A DNA stretch of 64,000 nucleotides from Octopus vulgaris (GCA_951406725.2 OX597816.1:121396001-121460000); one strand, 5' to 3'; shown: positions 12,806-27,039, counted from the first letter of the stretch. The notes: generated from the letters alone by a model not told the origin. Numbers and translations are program-made.

Positions 12806-15172
12806 TCGGTTAAACAAAACTCATTTTACTATGATTGTCATTTTTGTTATTGTAATTATGACAGCTATAATTTACTCTTCACATTTTTTAACAACAAAGA
12901 TTAATTTGCTGTCCAACAAACACAAAGATTCAAGGTTTGGTTCTAATTTCATCTAAAACTTGCTGACTCTGGGGTTTATATATCCAAATATCAAAATGAC
13001 TAGGAGTTGAATTTTCTTTGATAAAATAATATCAGTTTAACATTTATTTTTCCATTCCTCCATAGATCAGACAGTATATAATATGATTTTAGAAAATTAT
13101 CAAAATTTTTTATTTTGAAATAAATACTATTCATTTGTGATTTCATTATTTGCTACAAAATCAAATGAAATCACTTAGACTTCAGCATTTTCCTGATTAT
13201 TTTTGTACTACTTTATCAAAGATTTTAGTATCTTTTATAAGCACAGAAACTTTACAATATATTTATCTGAAAACAACAGTTAATTAACTTATTTCATTTA
13301 GTACTATCTAATTATTTTCTCTTACAAAATATTATACTGTATTATAAACACCATGCTATATCAGAGCTGAATATACTATACTATTGATTGGAGAAGGAAA
13401 CTGAGTATGTCTTTGCAGCAAAATAGTCAGCATGCTGTGAAATGATATATCAGCAGACTTCCCATCCGTTTTTCTGCAAATCAGAAAGAATGTGTTTACA
13501 TTCTGAATATTTCTCTCATAGCCAGGCTTTCTGATATTTAAATTTGTTTCAGTGCTGGTTAACACTGTATTGCACATAAAAAATATATATATGTATTTAT
13601 TATAAAACTGTATAATAAAGGCCATGCCTTATCATCTTAATGTACTATTAGCTCTATTCTAGTTGTTGTTTTCTAATGAAGGACAAACATTTAGAGAGAG
13701 GCACTGTTGAAGGTTTTTAGTCTTGCTTAGTAACATCTTTAATTTTTTACATTTTCATGAACAGAAGAACAAGCATCCATTAAATCTGGAGTTAAAGGTA
13801 CTAGTTAACTGAGAAAACCCAAACCTAGTTGAACATTTAACTTGCTCAAGTCAATCAAGGCTAATTTAATGAATATCTTTTTACATCATCTGTTCTCAAA
13901 TGAAAGTATCTGTCTGGATCTAAACTGGATTTCAATAGAAATGTTATTTTGTTCATTACTGTTTTTGTTGGTTTTCTTTTGCTTTGATAACAACAATTCA
14001 GGATAAAGCTATTTTTTACTTAGCATGGGATTGCCCAAATTTCCTAATTAATGAATTTAATGCAATTAAGCTAAGCTGATTATATTATTGAAATAGTTAT
14101 AGCAGCTAGCTAACTTTCAAGTTGAATACTATTTTATAAATATGATAGTTGAAATTAAATTTAATTGCTTTTCTCTGAGTGTAAAGCTTGCAATGTGTTG
14201 AAGTTATATCTCACTGGTCTTACATTAGACAACATACAAAGTCACCTTCTCATATGTGTTTGTAAATATTTTACTATCTATACAAATCACTACATGGTGA
14301 ACATTATTCATTAAAATGTTTGGCTCAAATTTCTTCAGGAACAAATAGCTCAGTTGGTGCTAAATGGTGAGAATGAAACTGTTACAAGAAATGCTTCTGG
14401 TTAAGAAAGTTAAGAAAGCCATAAAACAATTTTTATTTGCCTTGGATTGTTAACCATTCTAACTACATTAAAATGTATATTTATTAGCTATTATACTGTC
14501 TTATATCATTCATGATAAGGGTTGCTTTTTGTGTAATCATTTGTTGGCCTACCTATCTGTATATATGACCTTTTAATTTCAAATTACTCAACTTTGTTAA
14601 CTTTGATGTTGTTTACCATATATAGCCTTAGATTTTAATTTGATTATTACTTTGATAATCATCCTAATGATATTAGTGGTTAGTTAGAAAAAAAACCCAG
14701 TTAAGCAAGCAATGGTGAACTTTGAAAACATAGGAACTACATTTTGATTTTCACTCTGAGTCTGTAAGACATTTGATTCAATTCAGTCATCTAATATTTG
14801 TTCTTTATCAGTCTTCTATTATGAAATAAAGTTCATGCTTGAACTATGATGAATATATATCTAGTGTTCCTCGGCTATTTTCTCAAACCCTCCACTGAGA
14901 ATATATATTATTCAGAAGACTCAGTTTCTTTACTACATGGGTCAGATGGAATTTATTGCGACAGATTTTCTACATCTGGATACCGTTCCTGTTTCCCAGT
15001 AAGCTAATATTTCCCCATGGCCAGATACGTTTTTTTTTTTTTATGGAAGACTAGAAATGAACAAAATGAAAACTTGTATTACACTGTTGCTCATTTTACA
15101 CCCACTACAGGATGTCAAAACAAAGTAATACGTAAACACATGCACACAAATGCAGTCGTCTCTCTCTCTCTT

Positions 15173-15205
<33 letters not shown>

Positions 15206-15249
15206 TCCTCTTATATATATATATATATATATATATGTATACACACAAC

Positions 15250-15405
15250 TGGCTTCTTTCAGTTTCTTTCTACCAAATTGATTCACAAGGTTTTGTTTAG
15301 CTGAAGACTATAGTATAAGGTATTTGCCCCAGGTTCCACACAGTGGGGCTGAATCCAAAACCACATAGTTGGACAGCAAGCTCTTCAACTACACAGTCAC
15401 ACCAC
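15250..15405 (-). mobile_element. SINE family C copy (tRNA-like head)
   Basis: ggcttctttcagtttc...ccaaattgattcacaagg...actatagt...aaccacat matches the reverse complement of the 21135 copy. Confidence 0.7.
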
Positions 15406-17974
15406 CAGCTCTTATATACAGCCATACCCATGCCTATAAGCTATATTTGTGCCTTCATTTTTACTAAAGACCAAGTATTTATAAAATCCATAGACATAAT
15501 GTAAAAATTTAATGCCACACTTATCAGCATTCCAGTCAAGAGAATGAGGTTCTCTGCTGAAGTGAAAACCAATTTCAAACTTGGTGGGATATGATCTGAT
15601 ACCTAGATATTAAAAGCTTTTATCTTTTTTAAGACAATGCCTTATGCTCTTAATGCTAGTTTCATAACGTGTCTCCTCATTCAGCTAGTTGAACTTTGAG
15701 AGCAATTGTGAAACAGGTATCTTGCTTCAATGAAATGTTACACACTTCCTTGTTGCACAATCACTGTTATTATGAACAAATACAAAGATCCCCTTTGTAC
15801 ACTTGTTCATATTTTGTAGATTCATTAGTTTCCATATGTCCATGGTAATGTAGAAACATTTTTAAATGTTACAGATGTAGAGATTTTATGGTAAAGCATA
15901 AGCATATATTTAAAGATCTTTTTGAAATGTTCATCGATTGTATATTATAATTTCCATCATATGAATAATTCATTCTTTATTTATCCATCTCACTTTAGTA
16001 CTCATGTACTTAATTATTTCAATTTTATTTTTCTATTATGATTTATCCTATTACAGATGTCCTTTTAATAAGCTTTTTACTCTCCTGCCAGATGGAGAAT
16101 TTTGTGACAAAGGCAGTATGGGGAGGGATGCATTTTTTTCTAACTTGTTAATTGTATCAACTCAGTCTCTGACTGAATATAAAGTATAAAGAAGAAACAT
16201 GAGTTAATAGTTTGTTGGAAAGAATAGAGAAAGAGTAACAATTGGTTACATACCAAGTAAAACTGATTGGCCAAGCTTAATGTGTAGGAAGAAAATTTTT
16301 AATTAACTTTCAGTTAACTAGCCAGAGTAAAAGGGTTAAGCTCCCAGTCTTTTTTTTTTTTTTTTTTTTTTTGTATATTAATTACATTGATTGCGCTTAG
16401 TTTGAGTTAGAGAACTTTTGAAATTTTGAATCAGATGTAAATATAATGGGTACAAAACTGGGGTTTGAAGGTAATTAAATGTTTAACCTTACTTTTCAGA
16501 AGACTCTCTTTCAATTTTGGCTTTTGATACACATTTCTTCTGTGGATTTTCTTTTTCGAGACATGCACAGGAAATTACACATGCATTTGTCTACCTATTT
16601 CTTCTCAAACTTCATGCCACTCATTTGGTTTGAAATGATACATTATTTTATGTTGTCATAAAAATTCTTCAAATACATGATATCAAATATGTTTTGTCAT
16701 GACTGTGAAGTAAAATATTTTGCTCAAAATAGCTATATTTTAACAATATTAGTAAGTAATTATCATGTATTTCATAAATTTAATTAGAAAAATTAAAATG
16801 AAGTAAAAGACTCTCTACGAACAAAGTAGACTTTCAAGCCAGTGATCTGCCCATGGTCATCACCATTTTAATTGTTGAGTTCAATATCCTATAATTTAGG
16901 CTTTAAATATGAATTCCTCATTTCAAATGTTGGAGCTGGACACACAGTAGATTGAGTGACTGTCTAGAAGCTGCTTCATTGGATCATAGGTATAACACTT
17001 TAAACTGGGGTGAATCTGGATAGAAACATGGTTTCTTAAGCCCCAGTTTCAAGAGATTTAGGAATTGCAAGCTGTTGTCAGAGAGAGAGAGAGAGTGCGT
17101 GTGTGTGTGTTTGTGCATGCATGCATAGTGCGTTCACTAAAATCTCCACCCATCATGAATAGACCTACTAAATATTCTATGTATATATTGGCAGTCAGAA
17201 ATCTGATAAAAAGATTTCAACTGTTATAACTGTATAATAAATTGAGATATAATCATAAAACAAATTATTAGTATAAGCTTTGATAGTTCTACTGATAGTT
17301 GCTATGATAATCTGTTTCTTCTTACTAGTGTTGGGCTAATGGAAACATTTGCCAATATTCTTTTGATATATAAAAACATAGGGGTGGGGACTTAAAAATG
17401 AAAGAAAAATTATTTTATTTTTAAAACATGGAATGGTTTTTAGCCAAATCCTCTTTGGCTTTTCCTTAACCTTTGTAAGGATTTGTCATGACTAAACTGC
17501 AATCCTTTTGAAAGTCATTACCAAATTTGTTCATGGCATTGGTGTAGTATTATTTAATGCTTGATTAAGTGACCTTATAACCAAAAAAAAAATAATAGTT
17601 TCCAGCTATGACCAGTTCATCTTTTGTCAAACATGGTGCATATCAGATAATTTTTTCCAATGCCTCCACCCATAAACCATGATATATGATTCAAAGATTG
17701 CTATTTCTAACAAGTCAAGTGACTGCATAGAGGACCTCCTTGTTTGCTGTCAGATGTATTGTTGTCTTTAGACATATTTTTACTTGCTCCTCTTCCATGT
17801 CTGTTTAAAGAAATCCTTATTCTGTCTATATAGAGCTTAGTGCAAAGGAATTTGGAACACTGTTCAATGTGAGCAATATTGTTTTCTTTTTTAATAAAAC
17901 TATCTATGCCATTGTTGATACTTGAATTTTTCCTTAAGTTTTCCTTTATCTATATTGTTCAGTTTGTATTCATT

Positions 17975-18172
17975 GGTAGAATCATTAGAGTATCAAAGTG
18001 CCCTTGTGGCATTTCTCTCTGGCTCTGTGTATTCTGATCTTGAATCCTACTGAGATCAACTTTGCCTTTCATCTTTTCAGAGTTGATGAAATAAATTACC
18101 AATCAAGTACTGGGGTTGCTGTAATTGACTACCAATCCTAAAATTGCTGGCCTTGTGCCAAAATTTGAAAGA
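17975..18172 (+). mobile_element. SINE family A copy
   Basis: ggtagaatcattag...caactttgcctttcatc...ggccttgtgccaaaatttgaaa. Confidence 0.8.
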
Positions 18173-18319
18173 AATCTTCTTCTTCTTCTCATCATCATTA
18201 TCATTAACTTGCTGGTTTTACGTTAAAATTTGAAAACATTATTATTTTATTATTATTATTATCGCGATTACTACTACTACTTTAACTTGTGTTGGAACTC
18301 CTGAAGTCTTGCGTGCATA

Positions 18320-18507
18320 CCAGGCTTGCTTCTTGCAGCATTTCATCCATTTTTTTTTTTTTTTTGTTCTGAGTTCAAATTCTGAGGTTGACTTTGCCTT
18401 TCACTTTTTCAGGGTTGATAAAGTAAGTAGCAGTTGATCACTGGCGTCAATGTAATCAACTTATCTCCTCTCTGAAATTACTGGCCTTGTGCCAAAATTT
18501 GAAACCA
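18320..18507 (+). mobile_element. SINE family A copy
   Basis: gttctgagttcaaattc...gactttgcctttca...ggccttgtgccaaaatttgaaacc. Confidence 0.8.
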
Positions 18508-19009
18508 TTAATAGAGAGCATGTGAGAGGGTTCATAACTTCATAAGTGAGGGTATTCCTGAATCTGTGGCATTCGTTGAGTGGCCTTAGTTGAAATTTCT
18601 CCTGTATCAGGAGGACTGCATCATTCATGTTATCACATACTTTGTATACTATTTATACTTTTATCACATTTTACTGTCTTTTCTTCCATTTTTTCTCCCC
18701 ATTTTTTATGTAAATCCTGGCACAAATTGTTATCTGTCCTTGTGACTTCCACCTCATCTATGCCCTGTGGCTAATAAAATAAATTATAATTATTATTATT
18801 ATTATTATTGGTCAGGACTGTCGTGGATTTGAGTAGTCCAGGAGATCTCCCTCTTTTGGGGAATTTTGGTGTTCTAATTGATTGTTTTGCATTGTTTACG
18901 GGACCTTCCTGTAACCCCACATTCTATTTGTCCAGTGCTGTCTACAATGTTTTTTTTTTTTCTGTAAACCCTTTGTGGTTAATAAAAATAATAATAATTA
19001 TTATTGTTA

Positions 19010-19239
19010 TTATTGAGCTGGCAGAATCATTTGTCCAGCATGCTGGACAGCTCAATAATAACAATAATAATTATTATTAATGCTGGACAAAATGCTTTAC
19101 AAAATTTCATATGTTCTGAATTCAGATTCTGCTTCATCCTGTTGGTGGTTGTGGTGGTAGTGTGTGTATGGTGGGGGGGGGTGTAATCAACTAGGCCCCT
19201 CTTCTAAAATTTCAGGCCTTGTGCCTATAGTAGAAAGGC

Positions 19240-19240
<1 letters not shown>
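19010..19240 (+). mobile_element. SINE family A copy, rearranged
   Basis: gagctggcagaatcatt...aaatttcaggccttgtgcctatagtagaaagg, followed by (AAT)n. Confidence 0.7.
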
Positions 19241-19276
<36 letters not shown>

Positions 19277-19850
19277 GATAATTATTATTCAGTAGTAGTA
19301 GTAGTAGTAGCAGTTGTCAGCAATGAATTTTGTAGTCTACGTCAACTGTTGACTATTTTACTTTTTTTTTCTGCTTAGTTTTGTCATGGCTGTTTTAGTT
19401 TATTTGAGTCTTAAGTTCCTAACAGGATGTTTCAATTGTCACAAGACACTCCTTATTGCCACTACTGTCAATGATAGATAAAGGAGGAGGGGGAGGAGGA
19501 GGTCAATTTTAGTAATGACTTGCAATTTTCATACTCCTCCCCCCTCACCAACCTACTATCAGCTGTATATGTTCCTTGTACAATTTTTTTTCTCCTTTTT
19601 CGTTTTGTTTTTGTTTTCCATACCCTAGACACATGAATGGATTTCCCACTATGCACAAGCTCACTAAGTGGCTCTGCTTGTCGGCCTGCATTTTAAAACA
19701 CTGAAATTAGTTTATAAAATTAATTTCAGTGTTTCAAAATGCATCTATATTCTTCCTTTTCGTTTTCTTTTTTTTTTTCTTTTGCTGAATTGGTGTAATT
19801 TTAATTCATTGAGTCATTGTGCTTTAAGTAACATATACTAGACAGACAGA

Positions 19851-20081
19851 AGGCGGTGAGCTGGCAGAAACATTAGCTCGCAGGGCGAAATGCTTAGCGA
19901 TATTTCGTCTGCCGTTACGTTCTGAGTTCAAATTCCGCTGAGGTCAACTTTGCCTTTCATCCTTTCGGGGTCAATAAATTAAGTACCAGTTACGCACTGT
20001 GGTCGATGTAATCGACTTAATCCCTTTGTCTGTCCTTGTTTGTCCCCTCTATGTTTAGCCCCTCGTGGGCAATAAAGAAAT
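19851..20081 (+). mobile_element. Full-length young SINE family A copy with target-site duplication
   Basis: TSD atatacta(g/a)acagacagaa at 19833-19851 and 20082-20100, with 1 mismatch. The body is near-identical to the 30731 copy. Confidence 0.92.
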
Positions 20082-20156
20082 ATATACTAAACAGACAGAA
20101 TATACTGTAAGGAACTGTGTTGTGTATGTATGTAATAATGGATAGAAAGTATATAT

Positions 20157-20755
20157 ACTTGTTTCAGTCATTTGACTGTGGCCATGCTGGAGCACCACCT
20201 CTAAGGGTTTTTTAGTTGAAAAGCTTGACCCCAGGATTTATTCTTTGTAAGCTTTGTGCTTATTCTATCAGTCTCTTTTGCTGAACCACTAAGTTGCAGG
20301 GATGTAAACACACCAGCATCAGTTGTCAAGCGATGGTGGAGTGGACAAACACAGACACAAAAACGCACACAAATATATATATATATATAGGACAAGCTTC
20401 TTTCAGTTTCTGTCTCCCAAATCCATTCACAGGGTTTTGGTCGGCCTGAGGCTATAGTAGAAGACACTTGCCCAAAGCCTAGTCCTTATTCTATCAGTCT
20501 CTTTTGTCAAACCACTAAATTATGGGTACATAAATAAACCAACATCAGTTGTGAAGTGGAGGTGGAGGTGGTGGTGGGACAAACATAAAGATGTACACAT
20601 AGATACATACATTATTACACATACACATGCATGTAGATACGATGAGCTTCTTTCAGTTTCCATCTATCAAATGCAAGGCTTACACTGTCTAAGGGCTATG
20701 GTAGAACCCAGAATCATGTAGTTGGGAAGTAAACATCTTACCACACAGCCACACT
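20157..20755 (-). mobile_element. Two tandem SINE family C copies
   Basis: The motifs ttattctatcagtctcttttg...accactaa and gcttctttcagtttc each occur twice. The block ends with cttaccacacagccac. Confidence 0.8.
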
Positions 20756-21134
20756 TGTACTTATATATATATATAATCGTATAGATGTATATGTATATTG
20801 CTAGTGTGATGCATGCATGTCCAGTTTATACAGAGACATGTATCAGTCAATCCTATATACAAGTCATTCTTTGAAGTGTATGTATATCTATTTAATCTCT
20901 TTCTCTCATCATGTTGAACTGTTAATCCCTACACATTTTTTCTCTCTTTTTTTTTTAAATTTTTCTTTCTCCATTTTACCCTCTCAATCATTTTCTGTCG
21001 AAGACCAGAGGCTTGAAACATCAAAGATTTTTCCATTCTTCCTGAACTTTAAGCTAATACACCTGCTTGTTATTTCTTCACCTGTCTTCATTTTTTGTTT
21101 TCTGTAAATTTGAACTATATATACACAGAGAGAG

Positions 21135-21290
21135 AGGGCTGTGTGGTTCAGAAATTTGCTTTATAACCACATGGTTTTGGGTTCAGTCCCACAATGTGGC
21201 ATCTTAGGCAAGTGTCTTCTGCTATAGTCTCAAGCTGACCAAAGCCATGTCAGTGGATTTGGTCATAGAAATTAAAAGAAGCCCACTGTA
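21135..21290 (+). mobile_element. SINE family C head
   Basis: ggctgtgtggt...aaccacatggttttgggttcagtccca...ggcaagtgtcttctgctatag...gtggatttgg. The head carries an A/B-box-like tRNA-derived pattern. Confidence 0.8.
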
Positions 21291-23823
21291 CAAATATATA
21301 ATAGGTGTGTCTATCTTGGTATTACATGATAATTTGAAACAAGTGTCACTGTAATACAAGTGGTATTGTTCAATTGCAAAGTTCTGTGGAAACATGTGTA
21401 GGTATGAGGAAAAAATACTTTGCTTGGAAACAAATAAGAATTTGCAACAGTAAGAACATCCAGTTGTAGAAAATCTGCCTTAACAAATTGCTTCTGACCC
21501 AAGCAAGCATGGAAAAGTGGCCATAAGACTAGTGACTATAATTACACACACACACTGGACCATGGTTACTTTGGTGTGAATTCTGGTTATACACTGTGTA
21601 CTCTAAGGTAGTATGTGTGCAAGCTTACTGTGTATAGTATATATTATAATATGGTTATAAAGTACAGAAAGTGTGCTATAACCATAGTTTTATTCAAGAG
21701 AGAATATTGAGCTTCTTTTTTTTGTATTGTTTTATTTTATGTTTAATGAATACCACCATCCCACACCATCAGAACTGAAAGAAAGGCATTGAATTAACAT
21801 AATGTGATGCATAATCAGTCTGTGATTATGTACTTTAAGAACTTGCTGGTCAAAGTGAAGTGAATGCCATGAGGCAGCAATGTATTGAGGTATTTTGGGA
21901 AAAATAGATAGTTGCAAAAGTTAATATGATGGTGCTTATGGTGAAAATATTGCTACTGTTGTTGCTGCAGTTTGCATCACTTTGTGAATAGTGTAGAGTT
22001 TATTCTTGTGATAGGACAACTAAATTAACTGATAAAAATATAAATCAAAAGAAGAAGGCTAATTTTGATGATGAGCCAGGAAGTGAAGATTTTTCAGTAA
22101 GAGTTTATATGTTAGAAAGTCTGGTATACCAGTACTCAGAAGAAAGTGTGTCAGCTGTATAGGAGAGCATACTTGGGGAAACATCTGGTTGTGGTTGAGA
22201 TATTTCTGTATTTTAAAGAGAAGGGCAAGTTTATTTGATGCAGTTTTGGCAAATTATAGAAGCACGTTCACTAAAGTTGTGGCTCTTACTTAATGGTATT
22301 ATTTTTTATCTTAGAAACAGATGAAGGCTGGCAACAGGAAAGGCATCCAGCCATAGAAAATCTGTGTGACCAACGCAAGCATAGAAAAATGGACAACAAA
22401 ATGATGATGATGATGATGATTTTCTATGATGCAAGATAGTATTTCACCATGATCAGACATGTTTTACATTGAAGATTGAAAGTGAATGACACTATTTGTA
22501 TGACTTTGACTCTCATTTACAACTCTCACACAATGTCAAAATGTGGAGGCTCAATCTACCAAATGTAAGCACAAGGCTTTGGTCAACCCTGGGCTTTAAT
22601 AAAAGACACTTACCTAAGATGTCACAGTGGGGCTGAACTCAAAATCACATGGTTGGGAAGCAAACTTCTTTACACAATCATGCCTGTGCCATGATTGGTA
22701 AAATTTCAGTACAAGAAGTAATCAAACTATTAAGTGTGCAAAGTCTGAGAACAGTGAAAATTTGAGGGCCAATTTTCAGCAAGAGTGGCTCAGAGTTTAT
22801 ATTTTGTATGTGAAAGTTGGTTAAATATGTGGCAGGTATGGAAGACAGTGATAATACACTGGATGTGAACTAGAGATGCTTGAAAAAACTGGTAGAGACA
22901 CACTCCTTTCTGTAAAATAGAATGCTGGTATTTGATTTCTTGTAGAAGGTGATAGGTAAAAGATGAAGGGTTAGTTCTTTTTTGTCATGTGAAATTGATA
23001 GGAAATATATATACATATATTTTTTGTTTTAGTGTGTCGTGGTGTTTGATTCTATAATTTTTATTTTGTCTGAGGCTTAGAAGAGTTAGATTATTACACT
23101 TTCACTCTTTCCTTAGTTGCAGTCATTTGACTACAGCTGTACCGGAGCATCATCATCAAGGATTTTAGTTAATTTTATTGATTCATAAACTTATTTCAAT
23201 CTGGTACTTATTTTGACAAATCCTATTTGTCAAACTACTAAGTTGCAGACATATTTTATCTAAGTTCTTGCTTGTTGTTACATTTTTTTGGTAAACACTT
23301 GTTCACTTCTACAAGAATTGGTTTCTCTTCTATGTTGATCCATTGACATTCATAGACCTACTTGCAGTTGCCTAACTTTCAATCATTTACAAAGACACTC
23401 CACTCCCTCTGTGTTACTGTATTTAGTACCATTTTAGAGAACATTGAGCATTTCATTCATAAAATATTTGCTTTTGTTTTATTCCTTCTCCCACACTAGT
23501 GAAATGGAACTAATCCCAATAGCATTCATTATACGACTAACAATTATTTTTAATGAAATTAATAAAAGCGATTATGAAGTATAGCTTAAACTGAGAGTAA
23601 AATATTGCTGTGTGATACTTAATCTGTCATTCTTATCCATAATACCTCAGAATATTGTACCATGTACCCAGTATTGCCAAATTATTATTGGAAATTATGT
23701 CTAATGTATTCAACTATGTATGAATGATTGGTTGCTAAGCTTTTCATGTTTTATTTCATTTTTTAATTTTCATTATAAGGTAATCAGATATTTATTATCT
23801 GATGTTCAAAACCATGAGCCTGT

Positions 23824-24051
23824 ATAACCCTTTCATTAAGATGTTTCTATTGAAATACATTGCTTTTATTTCAATTAATTTTGAAAATAATAAAGATTTA
23901 GTAAAAATAACTTAGTCATTAATATATTGGTGTTTGGGATATAATTTAAAATGAAATTTTAAAGGTAAATTTTAATTTAGTTTACTTTAAAGCCCTCAGT
24001 TTGTGTCAAGACCCAAGGACTGCTAGGGCAGGCTGGTATCAAAAGGGCTAA
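23824..24051. mobile_element. MITE of a second family with (T)TAA-CCCTTT termini
   Basis: Imperfect TIRs ataaccctttca ... atcaaaagggctaa around an AT-rich core. Confidence 0.55.
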
Positions 24052-25979
24052 ATGTTCTACAACAGCCTTTAGGAATGAAAATTGTAATTTAAGTAAAAAG
24101 AAAAAATGTACTGTACTTTTGTATTTTTATGTATCAATAATGGATAGTTCAATACTAAATGTGTTTAAATTGATGGAACTTCTTAGCCATGACAGTAGGG
24201 GAGTTATTTGTAGCTTCATTACTTACGCAAATAAGTCATAGATTTCTGCTGTAACTCTTATGTATTCTTAAAAAAGATGACTATGATTTAGAATGATACT
24301 GAAAGTTGAAATTGGTTCCAATTTATGTATACTTTTTACTGATATCAATCTGGTTGTTTAAAACATTTTAGATTATGCCCTACCTCATGGCATAATCTCT
24401 TCCACTGGAGGATTGAATCAGAAGGAAGAATTATCTTTTCTGTCCCTTTTTGACTCATAGCCTCACCTCAGTGCATCAATGATTATAGACATAGCCTTAT
24501 TTTTAAAAAAATTTGATATGTATAGACTGACAGGATATTTTCTTTACATAGTTTGTCCATAGCAATCATGATGGAACACTGATCTATAGGTGCTTCTCTG
24601 CAGTTCAAGATAGCTGAAGTTATTTGGTAGCTGTCAGTAGTGGTATTTTGCATTCCCAGTCACAGAGAACCACATTAACTGTTTTCACTTATTAGATCTG
24701 TCAAATGGAGATATGATATAGCTATTATGGGTCCAGAAAAAAGTGCTTCCTTTTGTATTTATTTAAGTTTCACATCACTCCTCTGCAAATGCTTTGATAA
24801 TAAGTAGCTTTCCATGTATGTATTCAGATAAATTACTTGAGCTTTCATAAGGCTACTGCTTGTATTTCTGTTTAATGAGCATTCTTCAACCTCCTGGATG
24901 TAATTTATTTCACTTGTACCCTCCAGACATAATTATTTTATTACTTGTACATGTATGTGCATGTGAGGGCTTATTTCAGAAAGTGTTACCTGAATGATAT
25001 GAGGCCGAACTCAAAGGCTATTTGAATTATTAGCTGCATGCTTTTGCTTCCTTAGTTCTTGTTAGTAGTGTCACTATTGATGGGAGAATTTGAAAATTGT
25101 TAGAGATTTACACCTTTGAATTATGGAGGTCAATCTGTTTTCTTTCTTTTTCAATCTTTGCTCTCCAAGTTAACAAGAATATTTTATGTAAATTAATTCA
25201 TTAATGATTGTGGCTATCAATATGTGAAAATGCATGAGTATTTGGTATCTATTTAATATTCATTTCTAATTTGTTTTTGTAATAAGATTTGAGCCAATCT
25301 CTGTATGGGAAACTTTTAAGATGGATAAAAAAAGGTGCTTTTTCTTTTTACAAAGATTAGACTAGTAATTACAAATTAATTGACAGTGCTGCCTCTATGA
25401 TAGACAACTTTTCAATATTAGTATGGAGTCTTTTTGTCATCATAACTGAAGTGGCCTCAAAGACTGTTGTTACATCTGTAAAACCTATAATCTGAGCAAG
25501 AAAGTTTGAAGTTTCCTTTTAGTCGTCTGGAGACATTCATTCTCTTTTTCATTCACTTTTCTACGTCATGTTTATGCCTACTGAACTTGTTACAACACTG
25601 CAGATATTTTACTCTGACTAAAAGAACAATGACTTCTGTTATACTTGTATCTTATCCTAAACTAGGACATTCCACCAATTTTCTTTATTTTTATGGTTAT
25701 GTATACACTTCATGTTTCTGTCAATTTTTGTCTCTTGGATTATTATTGCTTTGTATATAGTGTTTTTATTTTATATAGTATTATGACTCACAGGAAAGTG
25801 ATGTTTATCTGACATTTTCAAAGCAACTATTGATAACGCTGACCCTCAAGCTTCTTCACTGGCAGTGTAACATTTGTGTGTGTTGTGTGTATATTAATCA
25901 GTTGTATAGTTGCTCAAGGGCTGATCGTTTTACACATTTGTAGAACAAGCCTATTTATTTATATATATATATATTTATA

Positions 25980-26230
25980 TCATCATCATCATCATCATCG
26001 TCGTTTAACATCAGCTTTTCATGCTGGCATGGGTTAGACGGTTTGACAGTGCTAGCAAGCCAGAAGGCTGCACAAGGCTCCAGTCTGATTTGGCAAAGTT
26101 TTTACAGCTAGATGCCCTTCCTAATGCCAAAATGCTTGAATGGTGCATCTTATGTGCCACTGGCACAGGAGCCAGTCAGGCAGCACTGGCAACGACCACA
26201 CTCGAATGGTGCTTTTTATGTGCCACTGAT
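25980..26230 (-). mobile_element. Family B repeat with (GAT)n tail
   Basis: (cat)n-cgtttaac...catgctggcatgggttagacggtttgac...gatgcccttcctaatgccaa, with an internal repeat gaatggtgc...tatgtgccactg present twice. Confidence 0.8.
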
Positions 26231-26408
26231 CTTCCATAAAATCATGCTTGAGCATTATGATGTCTATGTTTGAAAGACTGGAGAATTATTATTTTGCTCT
26301 GAAACAAGTGAGGGTTGGTGACAGGAAGAGCATCCAGCCATAGAAAATCCAATTCAATGAATTTTATCTGACTCATGCAAATATAGGATAATAGAAATTG
26401 CAACAGTG

Positions 26409-26448
<40 letters not shown>

Positions 26449-26894
26449 TATACATATGTGAATGTGTGCATTATTATACTCTTTTCTGCCAAATATCAAA
26501 ATCAGAAATGTATATATCAAAATACAAGAGTTCCAAAAGTGGAAAAAATAATAAATAAAAAAAAAAACGAGAAAGAAACAAACAGTAAAATAAAGTTTTC
26601 CCATGCTAGTATGTCTGCTGTATTTATTATCATCAGTAAATCTTATGTGGCTGTTTAAGTTAACCAGTTGATATTTCACCTGTGAAATCTTACACCCAGA
26701 TCTTCACTACTGATATACTACCAACCATAATAACCTAACCTAAATAGACTCACTTTAAGAAAGAAAGGTAGACAGGCAACCTGAAAGTTGTAAAACTAGA
26801 GGCTCCTTCATTCTTCCAGCAACTAGAAGCAGGCTAAACACTAAACTAGATTGCATCTGTTATCTTAACTCTTTAATACTTTAATAGGACATAT

Positions 26895-26940
<46 letters not shown>

Positions 26941-27039
26941 ATATATATATGTGTGTGTGTGTGTGTGCTTTAAGTTTATACATTTTTTTTCTAATGTAGC
27001 AGTAGCTAACATGTTGGCAAGTTCAAACACATATAACAA

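Noticed and set aside
26242-26679. 145-aa minus ORF
   Set aside because: It spans a (TG)n tract and a family B fragment.
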